Source: the human T2T-CHM13v2.0 reference genome, Homo sapiens
Direction: 5' to 3' (one strand)
Length of the DNA: 64,000 nt
Assembly: GCF_009914755.1 (NCBI RefSeq)
Contig: NC_060940.1
Shown: positions 29,962 to 46,675 of the stretch, one piece after another
How positions within the stretch are numbered: the stretch's first letter is position 1
Layout of the letters: each line of letters opens with the position of its first letter
Position numbers and translations under genes: made by a program
Notes under the pieces: generated by a model
What the model was told of the DNA's origin: nothing
Database searches by the model: none
What the model saw: the letters and a program-made list of their open reading frames with translations, nothing else

Positions 29962-30625
29962 TGCTATCCACTAAATGTGTTCCCACCATGTGTTGAAACC
30001 TAATCCCCAGTGTGATGGATGGTATTAGGGGGTGGGGCCTTTGGGAGGTGATTAGGACATGATGGTGGGGACTCCACAAGTGGGATTCATGCCTATTTAT
30101 TTATTTATTTGAGACAAGAGTCTCACCCTGTTCCCAGGCTAGAGTGCAGTAGTACCATCTAGGCTCACTGCAACCTCTGCCTCTGGGTTTAAGTGATTCT
30201 CCTGCCTCATCCTCTGAGTAGCTGAGACTACTGGATAATTATCTACCACACCTGGATAATTTTTTTTTTTTTTGTATTTTTAGAGAGATGAGGTTCCACC
30301 ACGTTGGCCAGGCTGTCTTGAACTCCTGATCCAAGTGATCTGCCCATCTTGGCCTCCCAAAGTGCTAGGTTTACAGGCGTGAGCCACTGCGCCTGGCCAA
30401 TGCCCTTTTAAAAGGGGTCCCAGAGAGCCCCTTTGCCCTTCCATGATGGGAAGACACAGTGAAAAGAGGGCTGTCTATGAACTAGGAAGAAGGCCTTCCC
30501 CAGACACTGAATCTGCCTGGGACTTCCCAGATCTTCTGGAGAGAACCGTGAGAAATAAATGTCTGCTGTTTGTAAGCCACACAACCTATGGCATTCTCTT
30601 ATAGCAGTCTAAATAGACTAAGATA
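29962..30625 (+). mobile_element. MLT1A0 LTR interrupted by Alu
   Basis: ggtggggcctttgggaggtgattagg...gtgagaaataaatgtctgctgttt...gactaagata. Confidence 0.8.
30094..30398 (-). mobile_element. Alu (S/Jb)
   Basis: Full dimer. Confidence 0.9.
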
Positions 30626-30737
30626 ATACCATAAGGATCTACCTTTGGGACTGTGTGCTGTTATAATAAAGGCTCTGATAAGTCCTGCTAGCGCCGTTTA
30701 GACCAGGGGTTTCTAAACTTTTTGACCACACAAGTTA

Positions 30738-30959
<222 letters not shown>

Positions 30960-31546
30960 TCACAAAGGATCCTTGTCTGGTGTTACCTCCATTTGATGGG
31001 TGAGGAAACAGGAGTCCTGAGAAACCAAGTAACTTGCTCAGGGTCATGCTGTTAGGATGTAGCAGAATCAGAACCAAAACCCTAAGTCCCAGACGACTAA
31101 AATCCACCACTCCAATGGAGAGGCCCTTACTGCAATGACCTGTTCTGAAGGAGCGAAACAAGGCATTTATTGCAGCATCATTTAATTAGGAAAAAAATCT
31201 GGAAAGACCCTGAATGTCCAACTAAAGGGAAATAGTTGATATTTATGATACTTCCATACAATAGAATGTTATGGGGCATCGATAATAGACATGAAGCACA
31301 GTAACATGAGGTGGCACATATTATAATGTAAAATGGAGAAATAAAGCAAAATGATAATCATGCAAATTAAATGCATGAAACTAAAAAAGAAATACAAAAT
31401 AGTAGCTGTCTCTAGATGGTAGGTGAGTCAGTTCAGGTCCTCTGAGTAGCAGAAGGCAAAACAGAATTAATTGTACAAGGTCCCAGTCTCCACTGATTTC
31501 AAATCCACTTTTCAACTTCTGTATGAAGTTCTCATTCTCTTACTAA

Positions 31547-31839
<293 letters not shown>

Positions 31840-32149
31840 CTCTTACTAATTTTAAATAACATGTCTCCTGCAGCTTCTGTATTGCAAATATAGGAAGTGA
31901 TTTTGGCGAGCATTTGAATTATGGTAGCTGATCTGATCTGTTGTGTCTCCTTACTTTCTAATTCTTTCTTTACTTTCTGCTCTTTTCCTCCCTCTGCTTA
32001 TTTGCTTCCTCTTGCTGTCTTCCTTTATCTCCTTTTCTTTTCCTACAAATTTCTAAAATGATAGCTGATGAGAAGGAAGATCACTCTTACATAATTTGAT
32101 TCCTCAGTTTCCATTTTCTTCTTTTTACAAGTATAACATTCTATATTTC

Positions 32150-32695
32150 TTTTTTTTAAAAAAATTATTTTTTAATTGAAAAATAATGGTACCTATTGAT
32201 GGAGTACGTAGTGATGTTTTGATATATATAATGTATAGTGATTTGATCAGGGTAATTAGCATATCCATCATCTCAAACGTTTCTCATTTCTTTGTGATGG
32301 TAACATTCAGTATCTTCCTTCTAGCTATTTGAAACTGCATTATTATTACCATTATCATTTTATTTTATTTAGACAGAATCTTGCTCTGTCACCCAGACTG
32401 ATTTGTAGTAGCATGATCTCTGCTCAATGCAACCTCTGCCTCTCAGGTTCAAGCGATTCTTCTGCCTCAGCCTGCCGAGTAGCTGGGATTACACGCATGC
32501 TCCACCACGCCCGACTAATATTTTTTTAGTAGAGATGGGGTTTCACCATGTTTGCCAGGCTGGTTTCGAACTCCTGACCTCAAGTGGTCTGCTCACTTCA
32601 GAGTCCCAAAGTGCTGGGATCACAGGCACGAGCCACTGCGCCTGGCCAAAACTACATATTGTTAACTGTAGTCATCCTACAGTGGTTTACAACAT
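32150..32695 (-). mobile_element. L1MA 3' end interrupted by AluSx (32358-32647)
   Basis: gatcagggtaattagcatatccatcatctcaaac...tattgttaactgtagtcatccta. Confidence 0.8.
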
Positions 32696-33155
32696 GAAAG
32701 AAAACCAAGTATTAATTGTGCAGGAAATTCATTGAAGAAAATGCCTGTGAAGGGAAATGGGGAGGGAGCAGGGAGAGATTTCAGACCGTAATGCAGGTCT
32801 GACACCTCTGAAAGCAGAGTGGGAAGGAAGAGAGATAGTTAGAAAGAGAAAGGCTTCGGCACAACTCTGAGAATGTATCAGCCAGTGTAATAGTTCCTAA
32901 GGCAACTCTCTCTGTTGGACAACTCCCAGTTGGGTTAGAATCACCTAATTCCGTTACTTCCACTGTGCCCAGTCACTGGCTGGGAAAATCCCCAGGGAAG
33001 TGCAGCCTAGCATGAACACCTCGGTGGGTCAAAAGGTACAGCAGCTAGAGGTTGTCAGTTAGCTCTGCTTCCAGAGCAGTTCACCTTGAAGGAAGATTTG
33101 AGCACAGAACTTCCATGACTGAGAGCTTCTGGTGCACTTTACAGCAGAGGAATTT

Positions 33156-33617
33156 GTGAAGCAGGTTCACTGTTCACTGGCTACCAACTTGTCCAGTGAG
33201 ACAGAACACTCCCACACAACAAGTTACCTGAGGTAGGTTTATTACTTACAGATAGGCAGCAAGAGATGGTAGAAGCCTAGGATTCATTGTGAGCTATTCC
33301 TCCAAGTCCCCGGAAACCTGCTGAGGGTAAGTAGAGTCATATCTGTGCATGCCTTACTTGCACAGAAGCTCAGATACCCCAGAAAGCAGCTGGTTCTGTG
33401 TTTTATACCCCAGGATGTGTGATTTGCTGGGCTAAAGTGTTTAAGACATTTTGTTTCTAGGGGTGGACTGAAACAGAGGTTGGGTCGTTCTGGCCAGTCC
33501 CTCTCTATCTCAAGATGTTGCATTTCTAGCACATTCTTCAGTTATTCTTAAGAACCATGAGTTGGGAAAAGAGGGAAGAACTGGGTAGGCCCAAGGCCAC
33601 CCAGTGAACTGTCTAGC
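33156..33617 (-). mobile_element. ERVL LTR (MER73/MER74/LTR53 group)
   Basis: tgtgaagcaggttcactg...gtttattacttacagataggcagcaag; TG...CA ends. Confidence 0.6.
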
Positions 33618-34060
33618 AGCATTTTGCATTTTGTAAAAGCACATTAACAATGGTTTTGAGAAGCTGAAGTCTGTGGACTGATTCTCCCTGTAAATACAGG
33701 CCTGCTTTACTAGCACCTGCACTTTCTGGTTCTTATGCCCCCTCAAAAGTGTACTGAGTCATTTGAACAGAAGGAGACTGCCCCTCCAGCTCCCCACAAT
33801 GGGAAATTGTCATCACTGCCACAAAATGAATAGAAGGACTTGGCCAAGTTCATCTTCCTTTGTTTACTGCCTGCACTTCATCCCATTTGGAAGAGAGAAG
33901 CAATAGCATTGAATGGTCTGGCTTTTTTTTTTTTTTTTTTGTAATCATGGCTATACAGCAGGGTAATGAAGGTCAGAGATGGGGGCTTGAACCACCTGCC
34001 TGTGGTTTTGAGGTTTCCCCAAATACTCTATGGTTGTTAAGTTCCATAAGAAAGGGACTT

Positions 34061-34706
34061 GTTTTTCATTTTTATTTTCTTTCCAACTTTTATTTTAGGT
34101 TTGGGGGATACGTGCGCAGATTTGTTTCATGGGTAAATTGCATGTTATGGGGCTTGGTGTCCAGATTATTTCATCACCCAGGTAATGAATGTAGTACCTG
34201 GTAAGTAGTTTTTCAATCCTCACCCTCCTCCCATCCTCTACCTTCAAGTAGGACCCAGTGTCTATTGTTCCCTTCTTTGTGTTCATGTGAAGTCAGTGTT
34301 TACCTCCTAAGTGAGAATGTGCAATATTTGGTTTTCTTTTCCTGTGTTAATTTGCTTAAGATAATGGCATCCAGCTCCATCCATGTTGCTGCAAAGGTCA
34401 TGATTTCATTCTTTTTTATGGCTGCATAGTATATTCCATGGTGTATATGTACCATACTTTCTTTATCTAGTCTGCAATTGATGGGCATCTAGGTTGATTC
34501 CCTGTCTTTGCTATTGTAAATAGTGCTGCAATGAACATATGTGTGCATGCATCTTTAAGGTAGAATGATTATTCTTTTGGGATTTATACCCATGAATGGG
34601 ATTGCTGGATTCAACCTTAGTTCTATTTTAAGTTACTTGAGAAATCTCCAAACTGCTTTCCAGTGACTGGACTAATATACATTCCCATCAACAGTGTATA
34701 AGCGTT
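34061..34706 (-). mobile_element. L1PA15/16, 5'-truncated
   Basis: caacttttattttaggtt...gattatttcatcacccaggta; TSD aaagggactt. Confidence 0.88.
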
Positions 34707-35151
34707 AAAGGGACTTAACTGCTGAATAGTCTTCACCCAACTCAAAGCCTGGCTCTCAGTAGATACTCAATATATTGCTTATACAATTAAAGGAATGGTT
34801 AAAAGGAAGGAAGATGTATGCAGAATCTGTGTACTGCTAAGTCAGCAAACATTTGCTGAGGGTCTGTTGAATTTGGTCCTGCTCAACATTGAACTTGCCC
34901 ACTTCTCACCACCATTAAGGCTCCAGAAAATTTGTTTATCCACAGCCTTCTTCGTCTACCTTATTACCTTGTCATTTCTTTGAGACCTAATATCCATTCC
35001 TCCTGATCTCCAGCTCAACTCCCTAGAATCCATAGCTTCTAGAGTTTTGTTTATTTATTCCATTTTTATTTATTTGATTTATTCCACTTTCATTGAATAT
35101 CAAGACCTCCAGGCATAGTTCCAGGCACCTGGTATGCAGCAACAAATATGA

Positions 35152-36007
35152 TGTTCAGATAATCTCTTGCTGCATAAAAAAGAGCCTGATCCCACAGTGG
35201 CTGGAAACAAATATTTGGTATTATTGCTCATGACTCTGTGTTGATTGGGCTCACCTACGTGGTTCTCATTTCAAGTCCTATGCAGTTGTAGTCAGATAAT
35301 GACTGGGGCTGGAGTCATCTGAAGGCTTGACTAGGCTGGCCATCCAAGATGGCTGAGACACATGGCTGGCATGATATTGGCTACTGGTTAGGAGCTCAGT
35401 TGGTGCTGTCGCCTGGAGCACTTTCATGTGGCCTTTCTATGTGGTTTGGGCTTCTCGTAGCATAGTGGTGTCTGAGTTCCAAAAGTGAGTATTCCAAGAT
35501 ATAGGAAGTAGCGCTTGATAGTCTTTTAAAACATGGACTGGAAAAGGGCACAGTATGATTTCCACCATATTCAATACGTCAAAGCAATCATGGAGGTCAT
35601 TAAAGTCAAGGGAGAGGGTGTAGATCCCAAGAGATTGTTGTGTGTTTTTGTTTGTTTGTTTTTTGTATTTTTTTTGAGACGGAGTCTGCCTCTGTCACCC
35701 AGGCTGGAGTGCAGTGGTGTGACCTCGGCTGACTGCAACCTCCGCCTCCTGGATTCAAGTGATTCTCGTGCCTCAGCCTCCCGAGCAGCTGGGACTACAG
35801 GCGCCCACCACCACATCAGCTAATTTTTGTATTTTTAGTGGAGACGGGGTTTCACTGTGTTGGCCAGGTGGGTCTGGAACTCCTGACCTCAGGTGATCTG
35901 CCTGCCTTGGCCTCCCAAATTGCTGAGATTACTGATGTGAGCCACCGTGCCTGGCCCTAAGGGATTGCTTTGATGTAAAAATGTACAGCCATTTGAAAAT
36001 GGCCACA
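35152..36007 (-). mobile_element. MLT1G-type LTR interrupted by AluSx (~35638-35956)
   Basis: ctggggctggagtcatctgaaggcttgact...catgtggcctttctatgtgg. Confidence 0.7.
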
Positions 36008-36061
36008 GGTGGTCTCTGCTGTCAAGGACTTCAGAGTTGATAAAGAGATAGTGATGAAACC

Positions 36062-36543
36062 TATAGTAGGCTGAATCATGGCCACTCAAAGATAGCAGGT
36101 TCTAGTCCGCGGAACCTGTATATGTTAAATTATAAGGAAAAGGAGTCTTTGCAGGTATGATTAAATTAAGGATGTTGACATGGGGAGATTATTCTGGATT
36201 ATCTAGGTGGGCCCTAAATTTGATTGCAAGTGTCTTATAAGAGAAAGGCGGAGAGATATTACACCCAGAAGACAAGAAGGTGATATATCCAGATGGAGGC
36301 AGAGATTGGGGTGATGCCACTCCAAGCAAGGTAATGCTGGCAGCCACCAGAAGCTGGAAGAGGCAAGGAACAGACTGTCCCCTAGCACTTCTATAGGGAA
36401 CGAGCTCTACTGACACCTTGATTTCAGTTTATTGCAACCGATTTCAGTCTTCTGACCTCCAGACCTGGGAGAGAAGAAATTCCTGTTGTTTGAAGCCATT
36501 TAGTTTGAGATCATTGTTACAAAAGTCTCAGGAAATGAATACA
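36062..36543 (+). mobile_element. MLT1C LTR
   Basis: ggcagccaccagaagctggaagaggcaaggaacaga...aggaaatgaataca. Confidence 0.85.
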
Positions 36544-36661
36544 AACCCAGACAATGACAAGCAAGGGTGGAGGTGATATGGAGGAAGCATATAGGAGGCA
36601 CCTGAAGCCCAGCCCAGCTGGGAGAGAAGAAAGCAGGAATGCTTCTTTAAGCTCTGATGTT

Positions 36662-36887
36662 CAAATGAGAACACATGGACACACGGAGGGAAACAACACA
36701 CACTGGGGACAGTTGGAGAGTGGGGGGTGAGGGGTGGGAGAGCATTAGGACAAATAGCTAATGCTTGTGGTGCTTAAAACCCAGATGATGGGTTGATAGG
36801 TGCAGCAAACCACCATGACACATGTATACCTACGTAAGAAACCTACACATTCTGCACTTGTATCCCAGAACTTAAAAAAAAAAAAAA
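36662..36887 (+). mobile_element. L1PA (PA8-like) 3' end
   Basis: tgagaacacatggacac...gataggtgcagcaaaccaccat...poly(A). Confidence 0.88.
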
Positions 36888-36890
36888 TTC

Positions 36891-36964
36891 TGACGTTGAT
36901 TCATCCCTAGGAAGTGTGGCATCATGGTGATGTTCATTCATCCCTAAGAAGTGTGGCATATGAC
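36891..36964 (+). repeat. 37-bp tandem duplication
   Basis: attcatcccta(g/a)gaagtgtggcat twice. Confidence 0.85.
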
Positions 36965-36965
36965 A

Positions 36966-37159
36966 ACATGTGGAACTTGAATCCATTAAACTTCTTTTTC
37001 TTTACAAATTACCCAGTCTCAGGCATGTCTTTATTAGCAGTGTGAGAATGGACTAATACAAATATTATGATGAATGAGGACATTCTCATATCTTCCACAA
37101 AACCATCATGGAAGACATTATCCATCATTTGGTTACATTTCCCTTATGTAAGGATCCAA
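36966..37159 (+). repeat. Duplicate of THE1 3' end plus ~100 bp unique flank (partner 37974-38175)
   Basis: atgatgaatgaggacattctcatatcttc...ccttatgtaaggatccaa present at both sites. Confidence 0.95.
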
Positions 37160-37357
37160 GGGGATCTGGAGTACTGCTTTTCTGTTTGCGTCTCAACTCT
37201 GCCACATACTAGCTGGGTTTATAGGCTGCTGTGAGGTTTCAATGAGTAAATCAAAACCTGTAAACACTTGGTGCATGCATAGTAAGTACTTAAAACTGGT
37301 ATTGTTATAATTTTCGGGATATGGTAAAGGATATTGTTTTTCTGGGGAAAGACACTA

Positions 37358-37490
37358 GGCCCATCATGGGGGTAATACCCTCGTGACCTCGTCTAACCCA
37401 AATTACCTCCTCCAAATGCCATTGCACTGGGGGCTAGGGCTTCAACGTGTGGATTTGGTGGAGAAAGACAAAGACATTCAGTCCATAACA
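37358..37490 (-). mobile_element. MLT1A fragment
   Basis: ctagggcttcaacgtgtggattt...acattcagtccataaca. Confidence 0.7.
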
Positions 37491-37705
37491 ATTTTCCTTG
37501 GATTTTTATGTATATGATCAAGTCACCTAGGAATGATGACTGTTTCATTTCTTCCTTTCTGGACATTTCCCCCCTGTCTAACTGCACTAGCTAGGATATC
37601 CAGGACAATGTGGAATGGAAGTGAGGCTTATGGGTATCAGTGCTATGATACCATCCACAGGGAGAAACCTTTGGCTTTGTATGAAAAGCTGATGGGTAGG
37701 GATAT

Positions 37706-38076
37706 TGATATGGTTTGTCTGTGTCCCCACCCAAATCTCAACTTGAATTGTAGCTCCCATAATTCCCATGTGTCATGGGAGGGACCCAGTGGGAGGTAAT
37801 TGAATCAAGATGGGGGGTCTTTTCCATGCTATTCTTGGCCAGTTGTCAGCCTGCCCAACATATTGTGAAACCGTGTCTCTACTAAAAATAATAAGCCCTC
37901 TCTTGCCTGCTGCCATGTAAGATGTGACTTTGCTACTCCTTTGCCTTCTGCCGTGATTGTGAGGCCTCCCTAGACATGTGGAATTGTGAGTCCATTTGTG
38001 AGTCCACCTCTTTTTCTTTATAAATTACCCAGTTTCAGGTATGTCTTTATTAGCAGTGTGAGAATGGACTACTTCA
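37706..38076 (+). mobile_element. THE1C solo LTR with an internal Alu-fragment substitution
   Basis: tgatatggtttg start; TSD gatat/gatgt; Alu piece at 37847-37894. Confidence 0.88.
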
Positions 38077-39272
38077 GATGTCATGATGAATGAGGACATT
38101 CTCATATCTTCTGCAAAACCATCATGGGAGACATTATCCATCATTTAGTTACATTTGCCTTATGTAAGGATCCAAATGGAATTTTTTTTGAATTCTATTC
38201 TAAGAAAAATCATTTCCTTTCCTGTGAACAGCTATACTTCCCTTTGTTAAATGATGATATTCATGTGTCCTTTATGTTTTCTTTTTCTTTTGCTCTGGCT
38301 ATTAGGGAGCTAAAACCCAAGAGCACACGCAATCAAAATAACCATATTAAATGAGTTTTCTTATGTATTTGATAAATAAATAATTTTTCTTTTGGTTTCC
38401 CTTTGGGTGTACCTTTTATTGCAAGCTGTCTCAAGAAGTTTTTTTCACAGTAAATGGGGATAAAATTATTTTAAAAGAATAATACCTGACCTGATTATTA
38501 CCTGGGTTTATTTCATTGACTGAATGGTGAGACTAATGAATGGACAAGAGCTTTATGAACTGTAAAATGCCGTGTCTGTTATTAACTAGGGGAAGAACAT
38601 GATTGTCCTTGACTTTAACCAATGTACCTTGTGTCTTCCTTAGTTGGCACTGATGGTTCTGAGTTAGGTAACCATGCTCCCTAAAGCCTCTGAGATTTCC
38701 CCTGAGCATCCTGGCCACTCAGTGCTTATTTTGCACCACTCTTGTGTGTCCAGGATGACTCCTTCAACTTTATCTTTCTTCTAGAAAGTTGCTATCCATT
38801 GTTTACATCCAGTGGCTCATGCATTCATAGACTGCAGCAGCATTTTCTAAGCACCAGCTGCTGGGTATGTATTGGTTACCTGCCCAGCAACCCTTTTCTC
38901 TTCTTCTTTGCTGAGACCATCCCATTTTCATTCATGCATCAGTTGGCAATATGCCCAGAGAAATGGAGCCCCTTCCTTCCTCATGCTCTTAGGCATGGAA
39001 CTCAGTTGGCCCAAGCCAGGCATGCTCATCTTGTTTCTCTCACTGCTGACTGGTTTAGCCTTGGGCACATGACCTGGTTCTCAGTAGTGAGCTAGTAAGG
39101 ATCAGAAAAACCACAAAGCCATGACATTATTGAATTAACCTGTCTGGACCACCTACGCCTGGATTTTGTGTGGGAGATACAATAAATCTGGATTATAGGT
39201 TGGTGCAAAATTAATATTTAAATCACCTGTAGTTCAACTCTGTGTTGCTTGCAGTCAAAAGTATCCTTATCA

Positions 39273-39581
<309 letters not shown>

Positions 39582-39783
39582 TCAACTGTTTTAGTTTGGA
39601 TGCTCACTGAAGTAGACTCTGAGGCAAGGATTTGAGTGCCAATAGTTTATTAAGCTTGAGGAGGTGGGGGAAAGGGGACAGGCAAGGGAGGGAAGTGGCA
39701 AGAAAGATGCATTATCATGTCAGTTACCAGTGTGGGGAATCACAGTTTAATCTCTCTGGGGAACTCTGGAAAATGACACAGAG

Positions 39784-40001
39784 CAGGGATTTGCAAACTA
39801 TTGGCCCATGGCAAACCTGTTCTGCCACCTGTTATTTCAATAAAATGTTCCTGGAATACAGTCACACCCTTTCATTTATGTATAGCCCATGGCAGCTTTT
39901 ATACAACAGCAGCAGAGTTGAGCATCTGTGAGAGACAATATGACCTGCAAAACATAAAATATTTACTATATGACCCTTTTTCAAGAAGTTTGCCAACCCT
40001 A
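39784..40001. mobile_element. MER58A inserted in an MLT1I-like LTR
   Basis: cagggatttgcaaacta...aaaatatttactat...aagtttgccaaccct. Confidence 0.8.
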
Positions 40002-40304
40002 GTGTTGAGCATGTAGCTCAGAATCACCCCCTGGAGGAGTGAAGGAGCTGGGATATTTATACATCCCTCCAGTTAGTCACTGGTGAAGACCTAATGCAGG
40101 AGGTATGTTAATTCTCCAGGACTTCCGACCTGTCCTGTGCACAGGCATTGTGGGCCCTGGCCAAGCAAAGAGATGTAAATACCGATTGTTGGGATTTGTG
40201 CAAGTATGGACCCTACTGGTCCATACCAGTACACTAACAGAGATGGCCACATCAGTGCATCCAGAGATGGCTGAGAAGTGCACCTGTCCTCCAGGAACCC
40301 ATAG

Positions 40305-40960
<656 letters not shown>

Positions 40961-41709
40961 CAAACATTTTATAATTAAGTAGAAAAACCGACATGTCAGC
41001 TGGGGTCCCCTGAATCCTCAAAGATCTAGGTAAGATCTTCTATGCAGGCTACTTCCTGCTAATCTGGGGAGGGCGACCTTCTCAAGGTCGTATCTGCCTC
41101 TGGCCCTGGTGCCCCCAACCCACGCTGGCTCTGCTTTTTCCCCTACAGGAGCTTAAGTGCAGAACTTTGCGTCTCCCATTGCCTGCAGGAAACCTACTCA
41201 GCTAGTGAGTTCATAGGGCTTCACTGAAGACTGGGGGATTCTGGAGGGGATGATTTTCTGGCACATTCAGGCTTCTAGAACCCTCTATTCTTTCCCCAGC
41301 TCTGCTTCTCGTTTTTTTTTTTGTCTGGCTCCAAAACCTTACTCCTTTTATTGAGCACATTATTTCTCTCCAGTTCCCACCTCTGCATTTCCTTTCCTGA
41401 ATGCTTCTAGGGCCTCAGCAGAACAAGGAACGCCTCATTGATGACGTTAAAAAACAACAACAACAAAACAACCTAAGACACAAGACACAGACAAAACTTT
41501 TTTTTTTTTTTTTTTTTTTTGGTATTCTCCAGACAAAACGTTTGCAGCATGAGATGAGGTCCCCTTTGGAAACATCTCCCCACATTCTGTGATTCTGCCA
41601 AGTCCTCTAAATTTTGTCTCCTCCTTCATCCACCAGGTGGATTTCAGGACTCCTACTGTCAGAGGCTTGGAATAAACCTCTGGCATGCTTTGCTTCTGTT
41701 TTGCTTTCT

Positions 41710-42016
<307 letters not shown>

Positions 42017-43377
42017 CTGTTTGGCTTTCTAAAATAGACTGTGTGTCTCACCCAGCATGACGTTAGATCTGTTTAGCATGACAGCATTCCATTGAGTCAA
42101 CTCCTTGGACATACTATATGTTTTGTTTCCCTGGTAGCTAATTAAATAAGACAACTAAGTGCAGTCTAGAAAGTTCCTCTCATAACAAAGTTCCCAAGAA
42201 TTTACGTCTTTGCTTTACTTACTTACTTTTTCGTGGTAGTTGAAGTTCAAGTGGAAACTGATTATAAAGGAGAAACCTAAATCAAGTTAGGTGAATTCTG
42301 CAGTATGAACTGTGCTTGGAAAATCTAACTGGTAATGTATCCACATTGGGAACTTGGTCCTTCCTCTCACAAAGAAAATTCCAGGTCAATTTCATCCCCT
42401 ATGCTAAGCATTTGAGTGTTCAGGAATGTGATTTTAGTTTTATAAAAATTGTTCTTTTTAAAATTCCTGTCAAATAATCAGATTTTTTTCTCAGCACATT
42501 TAGAAGTAAAAATGGAAAGTTTAGAGCATTTTGATATTTTAGTATTTCCATGAAGTCATTTAACCCTCCCAGACTAGTTTCAGAGTTTTGTCTTCCAGCC
42601 CATCTTTGTGTCTCACTGTACATTTTCTGCATGTACAATGAGAGGTGATTTTTAATTGGAATCCCTTAGATTTTTAGAGAGAAAGCTCTCCTCCTCTATT
42701 CTTCTTCCTCTCCTCTCACTGTCTCTCATTTTAATCCAGAGAATCAAAGTGTCTCTTACAGGCTTGGATATCAAGCTGAACTGTTAAAAACAGTGGGGTC
42801 CAGGAACCTGAGTTTAAAACAAGCACCTCTGATTGTCTAAGTGGACTTAGAGAAAGACAAATGCTGTGTGATCTCACTTATTTGTGGAATTTAAAAACGT
42901 TGAACTCATACAAAAAGAGTAGAATTAGCTAAGTGAACTAATTCAGACAGAGAAAGACAAATGCTGTGTGATCTCACTTATCTGTGGAATCTGAAAATGT
43001 TGAACTCAGAGGAAAAGAGAGTCGAATTAGAATGGTTGCCAGGGGCTAGGAGGAAATGTTGCTCAAAGGGTACAGACTTTCGGTGATAAGATGAATAAGT
43101 TCTGGGCATCTCATATTTGGCACGGTAACTATGGTTAACAATACCATATTGCTTACTTGAAATTTGTTAAGAGAGCAGCTCTTAAAATTTTTTTTTTACT
43201 TTTTGTGGGTATATAATAAATGTATATATTTACGGGTACATGAGATGTTCTGATACAGGTATGTGGTGTGTAATAATCACATCATGAAGAATGGGGTATC
43301 TATACCCTCAAATATTTATCCTTTGTGTTACAAGCAATCCAAATACACTCTTTCAGTTATTTTAAAATGTACAATTA

Positions 43378-43714
<337 letters not shown>

Positions 43715-43731
43715 CTATCAAGTAGTAGGTC

Positions 43732-44028
43732 TTTTTTTTTTTTTTGGAGTGAAGATCTCATTTCTGTTACCCAGGCTAGAGTGCAGTGGCATGATGACAG
43801 CTCACTGCAGCCTCGACTTCCTGGGCTCAAGTGATCCTCCCACTTCAGCCTCCTGAGTAGCTGGGACTACAGGTGTGCCCCACAATGCCTGGCTATTTTT
43901 TGTATTTTTAGTAGAGATGGGGTATTGCCATGTTGCCCGGCTAGTCTTGAAATCCTGGCCTTAAGCGATCTGTCCGCCTTGGCCTCCTAAAGAGCTGGGC
44001 TTACAGGTGTGAGCCACCACACCTGACC
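43732..44028 (-). mobile_element. AluJ
   Basis: J-type dimer. Confidence 0.9.
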
Positions 44029-44439
44029 AAGTAGTAAGTGTTACTCATTCTTTGTAACTATTTTTCTTGTACCCATTAACCATCCCTACATTCCCCAGCC
44101 CACTACCCTTCCCAGGCTCTGGTAATCACCATCCTTTCACTAAGAGACCAGATCTTAGGTGTTCTCATCACATAAACATCCAAAGACAACTATGGGAGGT
44201 AATGAATAGGGTAATTAGCTGGTTCATGGTGATCATTTCACAATTTGTGTATACATATATCTCCAAAGATCACATTGTACACTGTAAATGTATTCCATTT
44301 TTATTTGTCAATTTTACCCCTCTAAAGCTGGGAAAATGAAATAAAATAAGCATCCTGGGCAGGACTGGCTGCATAGTTTTCAGGGCCCAGCACAAAACGA
44401 AAATGTGGGGATTCTTGTTATGAAAATTATAGGAATTCT

Positions 44440-44772
<333 letters not shown>

Positions 44773-44932
44773 TTATAGGAATTTCAAAATGCCAGCATCA
44801 CAGTGGGGTCGTCTAATTATGGGGCCTTGTGCAGTTACCCCAGGCAGCATAGCAGGAAGCCTGGAAGAGCTTTGCTGCAGGATTCAGATCCCAGACCATG
44901 GTGCCCATGAGTTTCAAGATCTTGTAACATGA

Positions 44933-45726
<794 letters not shown>

Positions 45727-46489
45727 TGGAATTCTTGATGCTTTAAACAAAACTTAACATCTTGCCTGACATGTTTTTGTAGCCCAACAGGATAACTAAA
45801 ACGCCAGCATTAAAACTCAGTCCCTGGCAAGATGTTGTCTGTGATCTCCTTCATCTTCACGACAAGATCATCTAGGGTTGTATGCTGAGGTTAGCAGCAG
45901 AGTCTCAGTGGAGTCGACCCTGCAGGTGGGAAGCCACACTTGGAATTCCTCCATCGTGCTTAGTTCACCTTGAGGACTAGGTAGCTATCTAATGGCAGAA
46001 TGGTTTCAAAACCCAAGTATCTGTGAAGAGCTTTCTCTTTTGTGAATTCTTCGGTCCAGCTCAGTGACTTCCAACTGTTCGAGGGGCATAGTTATGACTT
46101 AAAATGATTACATACACAAGTACATGCACACTCTATAAATTATGGTTGATTTAAAGGAATCTCAGGAGTAATTTTGACCACAAATAATTTTTCCTCTTCT
46201 GTACTAACTATGGAAATGAAATGTTTGTGTAATATATGATTTCATTTTGCCAGAATATATGAATACTTCTGTGAAAGTGTCCTGAAATAAATGAAATGCT
46301 GTCTCTGCAAAAAAAAAAACCTAAAAAACAAAAACAGTTCTTTGGCTGTGACATGGACATGAATAAAAAGGTTATAACTAGCATCAAATTCAAGCATTTG
46401 GTTTTATTGCTTATGTGAACACAGCATGGAACATCTTTTGATTCACGTTTTCCCCATTCTTAGTCGTGTTATCTGTTCGTGACTATGCA

Positions 46490-46675
46490 AGTGGTTTTGT
46501 CTCTCAGGGACATTTGGTCATGTCTGGAGACATTTTCAGTTGTCACAACTGGGGATGAGGAAATGGTGCTACTGGCATCTGGTGCGTAGACTTCAGGGAT
46601 GCCAGTAAACATCCTGCAGTGGGCGGAATAGCCCTGCATGGTAGAGAATGATCCACTCTAGATGGTGTCAGTGCC
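46490..46675 (+). mobile_element. MER20
   Basis: gggacatttggtcatgtctggagacatttt...gctactggcatct. Confidence 0.85.

Noticed and set aside
31485-31530. KSGFEISGD resembling the F-BAR motif KSGFEPPGD
   Set aside because: Similarity does not extend beyond a few residues; not enough to name a parent gene.
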